Of a stretch of DNA of 64,000 nt, positions 63,791 through 64,000 are shown piece by piece. Source of the stretch: Vicinamibacteria bacterium (GTDB lineage Bacteria; Acidobacteriota; Vicinamibacteria; Fen-336; CBDFGD01); NCBI GenBank assembly GCA_965246965.1, contig CBDFGD010000001.1, positions 516,705-580,704 on the forward strand. The letters are read 5' to 3'. The position numbers and the translations under genes are program-made. The notes below the pieces were generated by a model, which saw only the letters and a list, made by a program, of their open reading frames with translations, was not told the origin of the DNA and did no database searches. The first letter of the stretch is position 1. Every line of letters begins with the position of its first letter.

Positions 63791-64000
63791 CGTCTGCCGC
63801 GCTTGGGTTAACCTGCTAAGGGCTTCGGAGCGCGGCGCCTCTGTTCGGCGGCCGTGCTGCCCACTTCGCTCATCAGCTCTACCTCAGCGAGGCACGAGCG
63901 ATGGAGCCGCTACCATTGGTGCCTGACTCGCGGAAGTGACGCCGAGACCACATGAACTGCCCCGCCTGTCACCGCCGCGAACGACGAGACGGCTGAGGTC

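Noticed and set aside
63800-63860. GTTAAC...GTTCGGC as another attC site
   Set aside because: No complementary L''/L' boxes could be identified.

Overview
High-GC bacterial chromosomal segment. Gene style and order (recG-rsmD-coaD-aminotransferase, sdhCAB-icd, PQQ beta-propeller, Ser/Thr kinases) suggest an Acidobacteriota-like genome, but this is inference. About 55 CDS are present, and roughly ten carry single-base frameshifts that look like long-read consensus errors. No rRNA, tRNA or CRISPR array was seen. Highlights: (1) a VKOR-family membrane oxidoreductase whose active-site CxxC is encoded as C-P-L-TGA, followed by an E. coli-type SECIS hairpin (candidate selenoprotein) and translationally coupled to exeA/exeB-like genes; (2) a tightly packed operon with an actin-fold ATPase resembling haloarchaeal volactin, a membrane-anchored amidase-like protein and two STAND-type ATPases; (3) an accessory region at about 54-59 kb with integron attC sites but no integrase in the window, one intact and one decayed toxin-antitoxin pair, an IS1595 element and gene remnants; (4) several families of short intergenic repeats or MITE-like elements.
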